Below, in pieces: positions 11,454-21,994 of a stretch of 64,000 nt of DNA; positions within the stretch are counted from its first letter, which is position 1, and every line of letters begins with the position of its first letter. Source of the DNA: Escherichia phage vB_EcoM_JE01; sequence record PQ471460.1. One strand, written 5' to 3'. Under the pieces are notes generated by a model. The model saw nothing but the letters and a program-made list of their open reading frames with translations. It did not search any database and was not told where the DNA came from. The position numbers were made by a program, and so were the translations under genes.

Positions 11454-12007
11454 TATTGCCTCTCATATACGTAGCTTCTCAATTTATTAGCCCAACGGCT
11501 CCAATTTCCAACTATAGTTTTTGTGTAATTTTTAACAAGAGTTTTTCTTATTGGAGCAGGAGGATCGGTTGGTTCAGTAGTATCAGAAGATGACCTAGAA
11601 TTACTGCCAGAACCTCCAGATTCACTTTGTTCTTGGTAGTCATATATTAATGTTACTTCGTAAGTGAATGTCTTCTGAAGGTTTTGAGGAGCTTTCCATA
11701 GATATAACTGAGTATTAGAATCAGTTGGAAGGTCTTCCCATGAAGCAGCAGTTTTAAATTCATCATCTAAACGATATTTCAATGCATCATTTCCAAATCC
11801 AAATACAGATTCATACGTTCCATATAAACGATTTTCTTCTACTAAAACCCCAGGAGTTTCTTCGTAACTAGTTATATTTATAGATACTAACGTTTCACCC
11901 GTTTCTAATTGAGCGGTAAAGGTGACGTCGATAGAAGAACCTTCCATGGATTCTCCTAAATCAGCGCTCATTGGAAGTATATTAGCCAATGTCAATCCTC
12001 GATCCAT
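11453..12007 (-). CDS. hypothetical protein (T4 5.1 position)
   Basis: Track ORF starts at TTG 12010; first ATG one codon in; overlaps gene 5 3' end. Confidence 0.55.
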   Translation of the reverse strand: MDRGLTLANILPMSADLGESMEGSSIDVTFTAQLETGETLVSINITSYEETPGVLVEENRLYGTYESVFGFGNDALKYRLDDEFKTAASWEDLPTDSNTQLYLWKAPQNLQKTFTYEVTLIYDYQEQSESGGSGSNSRSSSDTTEPTDPPAPIRKTLVKNYTKTIVGNWSRWANKLRSYVYERQ

Positions 12008-13709
12008 CAATTGTGTATTGACCAGATGAAATAGAACTCATAGATGCCATTTTTTCTGTCCAATCACCACCAACGTCCCAATCAACTGTCCCAGCAACTT
12101 TCCAAGAAAGATTTCCATTTACTGTATTAGTCTGATTTCCTTCAACTAAAGTGGTAGCATCTCCTTTAACTGTAATGTCAGCATTACCTTCAACTACAAT
12201 AGTAACATTACCTTTTACTAGGATAGTTCCATTACCTTCAACTGTCTTGGTTTCATCGCCACGCACAAATATTGTGTTGCTTCCATCTATTTGGTGAAGA
12301 CGATTATCCATGTTGTAATAAATTTCTGATCCACCGACGTTAGTCTTTTTATCGCCGGCTACCAAAAAATTACCATCAGCATTTGTTATATCATACAAAT
12401 TATCAACAGTTTTTCTTGTTCTTCTTCCTGATGGTGATACTTCCTCATACGTTCCAGTCGGATGAACTAATCTGTATCGCTCTTGCCCAGGGGTATCATC
12501 AAATTCCTGAATATGACCGCTTTCAGTTTCCATTGTGTGAACATACGGATACTCACCTTTATATGAAGAAACAGGTTCTTTGAATAAAATTCTCGAATCA
12601 TTCGGAATAGGAGGGTCAGCCGGGTCAGAAGACTTTGCTACAGTAGCAGCCATTGCAGACAAAGACCTAGCTGGCGTTTTCACTTCAATACCATATGATT
12701 CCAAATTACCGGTAAGAATAATCATGGTAACACGGGATGCACGGCCTTTTGTTTGTTGATACCACAATGAATCACGACCAGCTTTATATGCTTTTTCCCA
12801 ATCTCCGGCTAACATAGCAGTTAACATTGTGTTAAATTTAGCTACACCGCCAACGCCCATCTGAAATGCCATATTTTCTAACGCCATTTGACGAGAACGA
12901 TTAACTGCCTGCCAAACTGGGCCAACTTTAGAATGTGATTTAATGTCACGTTGCATATCAGCTAAATCACGTTCAAATAAAGTTACCGCTTCTTCCATTG
13001 TAATAGAACCTGGATTTCCGGTAATTTCACGACCAACTTGTTTTGATAAAACTTTATTAATTTGGGCCATATCACGAACTGGCTGCTTCATGATAAGATG
13101 ACCAATACCAATTGTCGGATATCCTTCGGTATCCCAATAAACTTTTAGTCTTAATCCTTCATCGCGGCGAAGCATTTCAGCCATTGACATATTTGGATTA
13201 TCATCAGTTGGAATCTCTGATAGTGGTCTATCATCAGGATTTATCGCAGTGTCTAAATTACTATCTTGGATAATATTAGAAGACGAATCATATCCTACTT
13301 CTCCGCCTTGGTTTAATACGTTAGTATCATTTCCTAGACGTCTAGGATACTGTCCAGTCGGGTCAGAAAATCCTTCAAGTCTATTAGGCTTTTCGCGAAC
13401 TATTCCACCATACGTGCCAAGGACAATTCCGTTAGTTTTCCATTTGTCTAAAAAATGACCATAAACTCTAGTTCCTTCTACCGGACCAGTAACGGAGCCT
13501 CCAATTCCAGACATTGCTGCAGAAGTTATAGGTTGAATAACTGACATCCATGGTAATTTATCAGTTGGAATACCCATTACGTCGCCTTGTGCTCTTTGAG
13601 GTGGATGCAGACCAACTACACGAACACGAACACGACCTAATTTTAATGGGTCCATTCTATCTTCAACAACACCAACAAACCAATTAAGGTTATTACTTAT
13701 CATTTCCAT
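11982..13709 (-). CDS. 5: baseplate hub and tail lysozyme gp5 (cell-puncturing device)
   Basis: 575 aa; lysozyme motif YWDTEGYPTIGIGHL and C-terminal beta-helix repeats VEGNGTILVKGNVTIVVEGNADITVKGD. Confidence 0.95.
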   Translation of the reverse strand: MEMISNNLNWFVGVVEDRMDPLKLGRVRVRVVGLHPPQRAQGDVMGIPTDKLPWMSVIQPITSAAMSGIGGSVTGPVEGTRVYGHFLDKWKTNGIVLGTYGGIVREKPNRLEGFSDPTGQYPRRLGNDTNVLNQGGEVGYDSSSNIIQDSNLDTAINPDDRPLSEIPTDDNPNMSMAEMLRRDEGLRLKVYWDTEGYPTIGIGHLIMKQPVRDMAQINKVLSKQVGREITGNPGSITMEEAVTLFERDLADMQRDIKSHSKVGPVWQAVNRSRQMALENMAFQMGVGGVAKFNTMLTAMLAGDWEKAYKAGRDSLWYQQTKGRASRVTMIILTGNLESYGIEVKTPARSLSAMAATVAKSSDPADPPIPNDSRILFKEPVSSYKGEYPYVHTMETESGHIQEFDDTPGQERYRLVHPTGTYEEVSPSGRRTRKTVDNLYDITNADGNFLVAGDKKTNVGGSEIYYNMDNRLHQIDGSNTIFVRGDETKTVEGNGTILVKGNVTIVVEGNADITVKGDATTLVEGNQTNTVNGNLSWKVAGTVDWDVGGDWTEKMASMSSISSGQYTIDGSRIDIG

Positions 13710-14283
13710 AAGATTTCTCCATTATACGTATAAGGTCGTTCATAAATGAATTGATGTCTGATTTTGCTATTATTTTTATTTGACGAAGTTTTTCATTTTC
13801 AAGAACAGCAGCTTCATACGTATCGACCGCAGCAAGTGCTCCTTCATATTGAGGATATTTTCTAGCTTTATCGCCTTTGTCATACCAAACATATGGGTTA
13901 TCATCATATGATATTAAATTATAAAATTTTTCACCATTCTCATTCACATGATATACTATTTGGTCTCCACCTACATTTTTGTATTTTTGGATAGATGCTT
14001 GATAAGCAGCTTCTTGCGAAGTAATCCATCCATAATACGGATCATAATTATCATTACACATCAATAAAACCCAATACAACTGTGGATTTCCATATATAGC
14101 GTTTGCTAATTCTTCCGGGCGTGGTGAACCTTTAATATAATAAGTACGTAAACGGTATCCCGCAAGAGCACGTTTGAAATAGTCTTTATAGTTTCTAAAA
14201 ATATCTGTCATAGGAATAGTCGGCGCGTTTTTATTCACCGTTTTGGCCGCATATTCAATCGGATCAAAAAATGTAAAGAGCAT
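13693..14283 (-). CDS. 53: baseplate wedge protein gp53
   Basis: 196 aa as in T4; divergent from gene 4 across a late-promoter region. Confidence 0.8.
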   Translation of the reverse strand: MLFTFFDPIEYAAKTVNKNAPTIPMTDIFRNYKDYFKRALAGYRLRTYYIKGSPRPEELANAIYGNPQLYWVLLMCNDNYDPYYGWITSQEAAYQASIQKYKNVGGDQIVYHVNENGEKFYNLISYDDNPYVWYDKGDKARKYPQYEGALAAVDTYEAAVLENEKLRQIKIIAKSDINSFMNDLIRIMEKSYGNDK

Positions 14284-14296
14284 GGGCCCTCCTGTT

Positions 14297-14304
14297 TATA
14301 AATA
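14297..14304 (+). promoter_or_regulatory. late promoter TATAAATA for gene 4 operon
   Basis: TATAAATA 27 nt upstream of gene 4 ATG; divergent arrangement with the gene 53 promoter. Confidence 0.65.
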
Positions 14305-14311
14305 TATTATC

Positions 14312-14319
14312 TATTTATA
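14312..14319 (-). promoter_or_regulatory. late promoter TATAAATA (minus strand) for gene 53 operon
   Basis: Plus-strand TATTTATA; SD AGGAGG (plus CCTCCT 14291-14296) then ATG. Confidence 0.65.
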
Positions 14320-14330
14320 AGGAGAATCCA

Positions 14331-14783
14331 ATGGCATATTCTGGAAAATGGGTTCCTAAAAATATATCAAAATATAGAGGTGACCCTAAAAAAATTACGT
14401 ATAGATCAAATTGGGAAAAATTCTTTTTTGAATGGTTAGATAAAAATCCAGAAATTATTGCATGGGGTAGTGAAACAGCAGTAATTCCTTATTTTTGTAA
14501 TGCAGAAGGGAAAAAACGTAGATACTTCATGGATATTTGGATGAAAGATTCTTCTGGACAAGAATTTTTTATTGAAATAAAGCCTAAAAAAGAAACACAA
14601 CCACCAGTTAAACCAGCACATCTAACAACTGCAGCGAAGAAAAGATTTATGAATGAAATTTATACATATTCCGTTAATACTGATAAATGGAAAGCAGCTC
14701 AAGCTTTAGCTGAAAAGCGCGGAATAAAATTTAGAATTTTAACAGAAGATGGATTACGAGCTCTTGGCTTTAAGGGGGCATAA
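14331..14783 (+). CDS. 4: head completion protein gp4
   Basis: 150 aa; [36 protein letters not shown]... matches T4 gp4. Confidence 0.9.
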   Translation: MAYSGKWVPKNISKYRGDPKKITYRSNWEKFFFEWLDKNPEIIAWGSETAVIPYFCNAEGKKRRYFMDIWMKDSSGQEFFIEIKPKKETQPPVKPAHLTTAAKKRFMNEIYTYSVNTDKWKAAQALAEKRGIKFRILTEDGLRALGFKGA

Positions 14784-15610
14784 TGGCTATTTTTCAAATA
14801 ATTAATGAAAGCACTCCCCAAGTTCCAAAGGTTAAGCAATCATTAAACGAAAAGAAATGGATTCAGATAGGTCTTGAATACATAAAGGCCAAAGCAAAAG
14901 GAATGACAGGAAAGCAATTTGCTGAAGAAAGAGGAATCAAATACTCTACGTTTACTTCGGCAATGTCAAAATATGCTTCAGGAATTAAAACGGCTGAAAA
15001 GATTCAAAAGCTTGAATCAAAACCAATGAATAAACTCAATAAGCAAGAAAGACAACTGCTTATGATAAATTCATTCAGGCAAACATTGCGTGATAAAATT
15101 CGTAATGAAGGTGCAGCAATTAATAATAAAACCAGAAAGTGGTTTGCTGAAACTATTAAGCAAGTAAAAGGACATAAAGTTGTTCGCCCGCAGCCGGGAC
15201 GAATATATGCTTTTGCTTACGATGCTAAACACAAAGAAACTCTTCCTTACTGGGATAAATTTCCTTTGATAATTTACCTCGGTTTAGGTAAACATAATTT
15301 AATGTACGGATTGAACTTGCACTATATTCCACCTAAAGCTCGTCAGCAATTTCTAGAAGAGCTTTTAAAGCAATATTCGAATACACCTACTATTACTAAT
15401 AAAACGAAATTAAAAATTGATTGGAGTCAAGTGAAAGGATTTAGGGGTGCAGATCAAATGATTAAGGCATATATACCCGGTAATATTATGGGTAGCCTTG
15501 TTGAAATCGCCCCGAAAGACTGGGCGAACGTTGTATTAATGCCACTCCAAAGCTTCTACTCCAAAGGAAAACGTTTCTCTGCAAACAAAGTTTGGAGCAA
15601 TGTACGATGA
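14783..15610 (+). CDS. 2: DNA end protector protein gp2
   Basis: 275 aa; TAATG overlap with gene 4; T4 gp2 position and size. Confidence 0.85.
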   Translation: MAIFQIINESTPQVPKVKQSLNEKKWIQIGLEYIKAKAKGMTGKQFAEERGIKYSTFTSAMSKYASGIKTAEKIQKLESKPMNKLNKQERQLLMINSFRQTLRDKIRNEGAAINNKTRKWFAETIKQVKGHKVVRPQPGRIYAFAYDAKHKETLPYWDKFPLIIYLGLGKHNLMYGLNLHYIPPKARQQFLEELLKQYSNTPTITNKTKLKIDWSQVKGFRGADQMIKAYIPGNIMGSLVEIAPKDWANVVLMPLQSFYSKGKRFSANKVWSNVR

Positions 15611-16266
15611 ATTATGAAAAAATTTATAATTCACTAATTGATAGGGCTCGCAATAGAGCCCTTACTGGATATAAAGAAAGACATCATATTATTCCGAAAT
15701 GTTTAGGCGGTAGTAATGATGCTTCTAACTTGGTTGATTTAACTCCAGAAGAGCATTATGTTGCACATCAACTATTAGTAAAAATACACCCAAATTCTTT
15801 AAAATTATCTTATGCGGCCATAAAAATGACGGTTTCAACTAAATATGTTAGGAGAAATAATAAAGTTTATGGTTGGTTAAAAAGAAAACATGCAAATAAT
15901 ATTTCAAATACACAAACTGGACGAAAATATTATAATAATGGTAAAAGATGTATAAAATTGCATGATGGAGATATAATTCCTGAGGGATTTATTTTAGGAA
16001 GAGGATGGAGTCCGACACAAGGCACAACTCATTCTAGAAAAAATGATACATTTAAAAACAAAAAGCTTCAATCTGCTTTAGCTAATAAACGGTGGGAAAA
16101 AGAAAAGAAAATAATGTTAGATAACTTTGGAGTTAGCACTATTGATGAAGCAAAGAAAATTGTTCTTGATTTTAAATCAACTTGTCATCCAAGATATTGG
16201 CGAAAGCCAACTTTAGAAAAATTTCCATTTATGACTTCTGCTCGTTTAAGAAGTCTAATAAATTAA
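15607..16266 (+). CDS. HNH homing endonuclease (Mob-like), inserted between genes 2 and 3
   Basis: ATG at 15607 in ATGA overlap with gene 2 stop (track start 15592 is TTG); motif [31 protein letters not shown]; paralog of minus-strand ORF 58328-59044. Confidence 0.8.
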   Translation: MNYEKIYNSLIDRARNRALTGYKERHHIIPKCLGGSNDASNLVDLTPEEHYVAHQLLVKIHPNSLKLSYAAIKMTVSTKYVRRNNKVYGWLKRKHANNISNTQTGRKYYNNGKRCIKLHDGDIIPEGFILGRGWSPTQGTTHSRKNDTFKNKKLQSALANKRWEKEKKIMLDNFGVSTIDEAKKIVLDFKSTCHPRYWRKPTLEKFPFMTSARLRSLIN

Positions 16267-16372
16267 TTCTATTATCTTCCATTCTTTTCTATTGTTTGTT
16301 CTAATTGGAATTGAATGGAAGGGACTTAGACCCATTATACCACCAACATTTATGAAGCATTATGAGGAATAT

Positions 16373-16903
16373 ATGTCGCAAGCACTACAACAAATTTTTA
16401 ACCAAGCAAATACAACTAACTTTGTAGTATCAATACCGCATAGTAATACTACATCTGCTTTTACTTTAAATGCTCAGTCAGTTCCTATTCCGGGAATTAG
16501 GATACCTGTTACTGATACCGTGACTGGGCCGTTTGGACTAGGCCGAGCACAACGTCCAGGTGTTACATTTGAGTACGACCCACTCATCGTGAGATTTATA
16601 GTTGATGAAGAGCTTAAGTCATGGATAGGAATGTATGAATGGATGCTAGGAACTAGTAACTATCTTACAGGCGAAAATACTGCCCAAAAAACAGGTCCTG
16701 AATACATTACGCTTTACATTTTAGATAATAGTAAAACTGAAATCGTGATGTCAATAAATTTTTATAAGCCTTGGGTTTCTGACCTGTCTGAAGTAGAATT
16801 TAGCTACACAGAAGATTCAGACCCAGCCTTAGTATGCACAGCAACGATTCCTTATACGTATTTTCAAGTAGAAAAAGATGGAAAAATTATAGCAGAAGTT
16901 TAA
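16373..16903 (+). CDS. 3: tail completion and sheath stabiliser gp3
   Basis: Track ORF starts at TTG 16292; ATG 16373 with GAGG SD gives 176 aa MSQALQQIFNQANTTNFVV..., T4 gp3 length. Confidence 0.85.
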   Translation: MSQALQQIFNQANTTNFVVSIPHSNTTSAFTLNAQSVPIPGIRIPVTDTVTGPFGLGRAQRPGVTFEYDPLIVRFIVDEELKSWIGMYEWMLGTSNYLTGENTAQKTGPEYITLYILDNSKTEIVMSINFYKPWVSDLSEVEFSYTEDSDPALVCTATIPYTYFQVEKDGKIIAEV

Positions 16904-16927
16904 TGCTTCAGTTTCATGTGTTATAAT
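16902..16927 (+). promoter_or_regulatory. MotA-dependent middle promoter candidate for gene 1
   Basis: MotA box AATGCTTCA, 11-nt spacer, -10 TATAAT. Confidence 0.5.
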
Positions 16928-16952
16928 CTTAACTAAATTTGAGGAGAAACAT

Positions 16953-17665
16953 ATGAAACTAATCTTTTTAAGTGGTGTAAAGCGTAGTGGAAAAGATACT
17001 ACTGCAGATTTTATTATGAATAATTATTCTGCAGTTAAATATCAACTTGCTGGTCCTATTAAGGATGCATTGGCTTATGCATGGGGTGTATTTGCAGCAA
17101 ACACTGGCTATCCTTGTTTAACTCGTAAAGAGTTTGAAGGAATTGACTATGATCGTGAAACTAATTTAAATCTGACTAAATTAGAAGTAATTACGATTAT
17201 GGAACAAGCATTTTGCTATCTTAATAGTAAAAGCCCAATTAAAGGTGTGTTTGTTTTTGATGACGCAGTTAATTTCGTAGCATTTAACAAGATTGCTGAC
17301 GTTATAAATAATATTGAAGATCAATGGTCAGTCCGTCGTCTGATGCAAGCCCTAGGTACGGATTTGATTGTTAATAACTTCGACCGCATGTATTGGGTAA
17401 AATTATTTGCTTTAGATTATCTTGATAAATTTAACTCAGGTTATGATTATTATATCGTTCCTGATACTCGTCAAGATCATGAAATGGATGCGGCTAGGGC
17501 GATGGGTGCTACAGTAATTCATGTAGTTCGTCCTGGTCAAAAATCCAATGATACTCATATTACAGAAGCTGGATTGCCAATTCGTGATGGCGATTTAGTA
17601 ATTACAAACGATGGTTCTCTTGAAGAACTTTTTTCTAAAATTAAAAATACACTAAAGGTACTATA

Positions 17666-17666
<1 letters not shown>
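16953..17666 (+). CDS. 1: deoxynucleoside monophosphate kinase gp1
   Basis: 237 aa; MKLIFLSGVKRSGKDTTADFIM... P-loop; matches T4 gp1. Confidence 0.9.
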
Positions 17667-18363
<697 letters not shown>

Positions 18364-18375
18364 TTTCACAAAGTT

Positions 18376-18405
18376 GTTTACACGCTGATGAGGTAGTGAT
18401 ACTAT
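18376..18405 (+). promoter_or_regulatory. T4-type early promoter (GTTTAC -35, TG-n-TAnnAT -10) upstream of ipI
   Basis: GTTTAC 18376-18381; TGATACTAT near 18397-18405; -10 lies in loop of inverted repeat TGATGAG/CTCATCA. Confidence 0.6.
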
Positions 18406-18435
18406 TATCTCATCAAAATTAATTAGGAAAATAAA

Positions 18436-18723
18436 ATGAAAACTTTCAAAGAATTTACTTCTACAACTACCCCGGTTTCTACTATTACTGAAGCTACTCT
18501 TACTTCTGAAGTTATTAAAGCAAATAAAGGACGAGAAGGTAAACCAATGATTAGTTTGGTTGATGGCGAAGAAATCAAAGGTACTATTTACCTAGGTGAT
18601 GGGTGGTCTGCTAAAAAGGATGGTGCTACAATCATTATCTCTCCTGCTGAAGAAACTGCGTTGTTTAAAGCTAAACACATTTCTGCGGCACATCTCAAGA
18701 TTATTGCTAAAAATCTTTTGTAA
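18436..18723 (+). CDS. ipI: internal protein I (capsid-packaged, anti-restriction)
   Basis: 95 aa; N-terminal capsid targeting sequence MKTFKEF; C-terminus ...AKHISAAHLKIIAKNLL; adjacent to 57B. Confidence 0.8.
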   Translation: MKTFKEFTSTTTPVSTITEATLTSEVIKANKGREGKPMISLVDGEEIKGTIYLGDGWSAKKDGATIIISPAEETALFKAKHISAAHLKIIAKNLL

Positions 18724-18741
18724 TAAATATTTCACAAAGTT

Positions 18742-18771
18742 GTTTACATAGGGTTTTAGTTGTGATACTAT
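18742..18771 (+). promoter_or_regulatory. T4-type early promoter
   Basis: GTTTAC 18742-18747; TGTGATACTAT 18761-18771; inverted repeat ATAGGGT/ACCCTAT brackets the -10. Confidence 0.6.
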
Positions 18772-18799
18772 TACCCTATCAACTACCGAGGAGAATAAA

Positions 18800-18982
18800 A
18801 TGAAACGTTGTGAATTAATTAGAAATGTTGCTATTGCAATTTCTGCTTCTGCTTTTAGTTTTTCAATGTTTGTTGGATTTATATGCGGATTATTGACTAC
18901 AGCAGAAAATGTGTTTTCACTTGTAGTAGCATTTTTAATTGGTTTAATTGCTATCGTTATGGATAAAATTTCTAAAGGTTAA
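18800..18982 (+). CDS. small membrane protein, hypothetical
   Basis: 60 aa; SD GAGGAG; two hydrophobic helices. Confidence 0.55.
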   Translation: MKRCELIRNVAIAISASAFSFSMFVGFICGLLTTAENVFSLVVAFLIGLIAIVMDKISKG

Positions 18983-18984
18983 TA

Positions 18985-19272
18985 ATGATTCTTTATGCGA
19001 AAGTATCGTCCGTTGAAAATGGATATAAATATGATCAAGATGCGGCTAAAGCCTTGATTGATGATTATGGCATTTTAACATGTTTTGAAGTTGAAAAGGT
19101 TTACATTGACCGTTCATCTTCTCAAGTTAAATTAGTAAAGGAAGACCGTAAATTTAATACAGTAAATTTTGATTTCTTTATTGAAACAGAAAAAGGTCCT
19201 CTTGAATATGATATTTTCAAGAATCCTTTGGGTCTTGAATGCATCGTAAACATGTATTATCATAAATGGTAA
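18985..19272 (+). CDS. hypothetical protein
   Basis: 95 aa; TAATAATG coupling to previous ORF. Confidence 0.5.
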   Translation: MILYAKVSSVENGYKYDQDAAKALIDDYGILTCFEVEKVYIDRSSSQVKLVKEDRKFNTVNFDFFIETEKGPLEYDIFKNPLGLECIVNMYYHKW

Positions 19273-19369
19273 ATATGCTTTAAGAATTATTTGTTATTAT
19301 TAACTCATATCGCACTGATTAATACCCTCTATCATCAAGGGTTCTTGCTTGAGAGCCTTTGTTAATAAT

Positions 19370-19442
19370 TGGGAATTAGCCAAGTTGGTAAGGCACTGGA
19401 TTTTGATTCCAGGATGCAAAGGTTCGAGTCCTTTATTCCCAG
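19370..19442 (+). tRNA. tRNA-Gln (anticodon UUG)
   Basis: Cloverleaf folded by eye: acceptor TGGGAAT/ATTCCCA, anticodon loop TTTTGAT, T-loop GGTTCGAGTCC. Confidence 0.85.
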
Positions 19443-19443
19443 C

Positions 19444-19530
19444 GCGAGAATGGTCAAATTGGTAAAGGCACAGCACTTAAAATGCTGCGGAATGATTTCC
19501 TTGTGGGTTCGAGTCCCACTTCTCGTACCA
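19444..19530 (+). tRNA. tRNA-Leu (anticodon UAA), long variable arm, encoded CCA
   Basis: GCGAGAATGGTCAAATTGGTAAAGGCACAGCACTTAAAATGCTG...GTACCA. Confidence 0.85.
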
Positions 19531-19536
19531 AAGTTT

Positions 19537-19608
<72 letters not shown>

Positions 19609-19620
19609 AAATTTAATTTA

Positions 19621-19694
19621 CTCCGTGTAGCTCAGTTTGGTAGAGCGTCTGCTTTGGGAGCAGAATGTCGTAGGTTCAAATCCTGCCACGGAGA
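19621..19694 (+). tRNA. tRNA-Pro (anticodon UGG)
   Basis: Acceptor CTCCGTG/CACGGAG; anticodon loop TTTGGGA. Confidence 0.8.
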
Positions 19695-19696
19695 CT

Positions 19697-19783
19697 GGAG
19701 GCGTGGCAGAGTGGTTTAATGCACCGGTCTTGAAAACCGGCAGTCGCTCCGGCGACTCATAGGTTCAAATCCTATCGCCTCCG
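19697..19783 (+). tRNA. tRNA-Ser (anticodon UGA), long variable arm
   Basis: Acceptor GGAGGCG/CGCCTCC; anticodon loop CTTGAAA. Confidence 0.8.
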
Positions 19784-19790
19784 TAATTTC

Positions 19791-19863
19791 GCTGATTTAG
19801 CTCAGTAGGTAGAGCAACTCACTTGTAATGAGAAGGTCGGCGGTTCGATTCCGTCAATCAGCA
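19791..19863 (+). tRNA. tRNA-Thr (anticodon UGU)
   Basis: Acceptor GCTGATT/AATCAGC; anticodon loop CTTGTAA. Confidence 0.8.
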
Positions 19864-19869
19864 TATCAA

Positions 19870-19941
19870 GGCCCTGTAGCTGGAAGGTTCAAGCAAGCGA
19901 CTCATAATCGCCAGATGGTGGTTCAATTCCACCCAGGGCCA
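19870..19941 (+). tRNA. tRNA-Ile (anticodon CAU, presumably lysidine-modified)
   Basis: Acceptor GGCCCTG/CAGGGCC; anticodon loop CTCATAA; T-arm GGTGGTTCAATTCCACC. Confidence 0.7.
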
Positions 19942-19953
19942 TATTTTGAGAAC

Positions 19954-19960
19954 ATAAATA
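19954..19960 (+). promoter_or_regulatory. late-promoter-like box (CATAAATA) upstream of segB-like gene
   Basis: ATAAATA core about 25 nt upstream of ATG 19983. Confidence 0.35.
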
Positions 19961-19982
19961 CTCTTAGAAATAGGAGATATTT

Positions 19983-20648
19983 ATGTTCCATTACATTTAT
20001 AAAATAACAAATAAAATTAATAATAAAATCTACATAGGCGCTCATTCTACCGAAAATTTAGATGATGGATATATGGGTTCTGGTAAATTATTAAAAAGGG
20101 CCCAAGATAAGTATGGTATAGAAAATTTTTCTAAAGAAATATTAGAGTTCTTTGACGATAAAACCTCTATGTTTGAGTCAGAAAAGAATATTGTGACTGA
20201 AGAGTTTTTAAAGCGCCCTGATGTTTATAATTTGAAATTAGGTGGTGAAGGTGGTTGGGACCATTTAAACACTAAAGAATATTTGGATAAAAAGAAAGAA
20301 GCTTCCTTAAAAGGAGCTGCCGCTTTTAAAACCAGATTTGAGAACGACCCAGACCTTAAAGAAAAATATCGTAAAATGGGTTCAGAAAGGTTTAAACAGC
20401 TTTGGGATAATCCTAAGTATAGAGAGAAATTTTTAAATACTAAATCTTTCTTGGGTAAGACCCATACTCCTGAAACTATTAATAAAATGAAAGAATCTCA
20501 CGCCAGAAATAAACACCAACAAGGTGAAAAGAATTCCCAATTTGGCATGATGTGGGTTCATTCATTAGATGAAAAAGTTTCTAAACGTATTAAGAAAACT
20601 GACCCAATTCCAGAAGGATGGTTTAAAGGTCGAAAAATGAAATTTTAA
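19983..20648 (+). CDS. segB: GIY-YIG homing endonuclease (SegB-like) embedded in tRNA cluster
   Basis: 221 aa; N-terminal GIY-YIG module KIYIGAHS...GYMGSGKLLKRA; lies between tRNA-Ile and tRNA-Arg as T4 segB does. Confidence 0.75.
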   Translation: MFHYIYKITNKINNKIYIGAHSTENLDDGYMGSGKLLKRAQDKYGIENFSKEILEFFDDKTSMFESEKNIVTEEFLKRPDVYNLKLGGEGGWDHLNTKEYLDKKKEASLKGAAAFKTRFENDPDLKEKYRKMGSERFKQLWDNPKYREKFLNTKSFLGKTHTPETINKMKESHARNKHQQGEKNSQFGMMWVHSLDEKVSKRIKKTDPIPEGWFKGRKMKF

Positions 20649-20651
20649 CTA

Positions 20652-20728
<77 letters not shown>

Positions 20729-21041
20729 AATGAGAAGCCGGATCGCTACCGGTAAGTCGTCGGACTGATGTTCCCTGGAGTATAGTTTCTCCCACAGTTT
20801 TACTGTGTTCTGATTCTTTACTATCACAGCAGAAACGGCGCACCGAATTATCGATTCGAGGAAATATCTTTGCCGTAAGCCGAGTAGCGTTTTTGACGGA
20901 ACGTTCGGATATGGTCGAGATATGGCCTTTTAAAAATATTAAGTAGCGTCAACTGCTTAATAACCGGGTTCGAATCCCGGCGTTTCGTACAAACACTTGC
21001 CTTAGCAGGTGGAACCCCGACAAGGTTGCCGCAAGGCTTAG
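20729..21041 (+). ncRNA. stable small RNA region (T4 species 1/2, rnaC/rnaD-like); boundaries approximate
   Basis: Non-coding stretch after tRNA-Arg ending in a terminator; contains tRNA-like T-arm CCGGG-TTCGAAT-CCCGG (20964-20980); matches T4 layout. Confidence 0.5.
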
Positions 21042-21067
21042 CCCCGACCGAAAGGTTGGGGCTTTTT
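21042..21067 (+). terminator. intrinsic terminator ending the tRNA/stable-RNA transcription unit
   Basis: CCCCGACC-GAAA-GGTTGGGG hairpin followed by CTTTTT. Confidence 0.7.
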
Positions 21068-21200
21068 GGTATCTAGGCCTTTCTGGACCTCTCTAGGCAT
21101 CATTTAGTTTCTACCCTTTATAATATATTATCCTATCCTTTAATTGCCCATCCCTGCCCTAGAATTCCCTAAAACTTTTTAAAAATTTTTTCACAAAACG

Positions 21201-21231
21201 GTTTACATCCCCGTTCTTCCATGGTACTATA
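21201..21231 (+). promoter_or_regulatory. T4-type early promoter
   Basis: GTTTAC 21201-21206; TGGTACTATAC 21222-21232; shares downstream CAACTATCAACT with promoters at 36895 and 39512. Confidence 0.6.
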
Positions 21232-21274
21232 CAACTATCAACTACTGATATAGAAAAACAACTTGGAGAATGAA

Positions 21275-21538
21275 ATGGATAATTACGGCGAACTGTTCAA
21301 CTTCTTTATGAAATGCGTTTCAGAAGATTTCGGTCGTACAGTGAATGATATTAAAGTTATCGGTCCTGATCATCCGATGTTTGAAACTTACGCAGTAATG
21401 GGTAATGAAGATGGTCAGTGGTATACTGTAAAGGTTGTGATTGACATGTTCACTGCTGAAGGTTATGTTAAACTGTCTTCTAAAGTTTACCATGATAACG
21501 ACGAAATCGCAGAAGAATATTTTAATAATATGAAATAA
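21275..21538 (+). CDS. hypothetical protein (e.8 position)
   Basis: Track start 21263 is TTG; ATG 21275 with GGAGA SD; 87 aa. Confidence 0.5.
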   Translation: MDNYGELFNFFMKCVSEDFGRTVNDIKVIGPDHPMFETYAVMGNEDGQWYTVKVVIDMFTAEGYVKLSSKVYHDNDEIAEEYFNNMK

Positions 21539-21593
21539 GTTTACATAGGCTCATGATTGAGATATTATGAGCCTGTAACTTGAGGAGAACATT

Positions 21594-21932
21594 ATGAAAC
21601 GTAACTTTAGTAAAGCTTTTTGTAATCGAAATTATTATCCCGAAGAGCTTTTTGAATCTAAGGAATTTAAAGAGTTTAACGAACGTTCTCAAAACATGCC
21701 TGTACAATGGGTGTTAGATTATGCCAATCGTATCTTTGAAGGTGTGCGGGATATTTGTCCTGATGATGAAGCTCCTTATTTTAAAAAGGCTTGGGAACTC
21801 GCCAATCAAGCATATATCAATGCTTCAGAATCTTATAAAGGTACTGACGACGATTTTATTTTACTGGCTATTAACGATGCTATTATAGAGGCCATCGATG
21901 ACTTTATTACGCTGAATTCAGATGAAGAATAA
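21594..21932 (+). CDS. hypothetical protein
   Basis: 112 aa; SD GAGGAG. Confidence 0.5.
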   Translation: MKRNFSKAFCNRNYYPEELFESKEFKEFNERSQNMPVQWVLDYANRIFEGVRDICPDDEAPYFKKAWELANQAYINASESYKGTDDDFILLAINDAIIEAIDDFITLNSDEE

Positions 21933-21994
21933 GTATACAATCTATCTATTAGAAACGTGATATTATCTAATTATACCGACATGAGGAAACTGTT

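Noticed and set aside
19343-19369. MotA-box-like TTGCTTGA plus TAATAA just upstream of tRNA-Gln
   Set aside because: A transcript from it would start inside the tRNA; the resemblance is probably chance.
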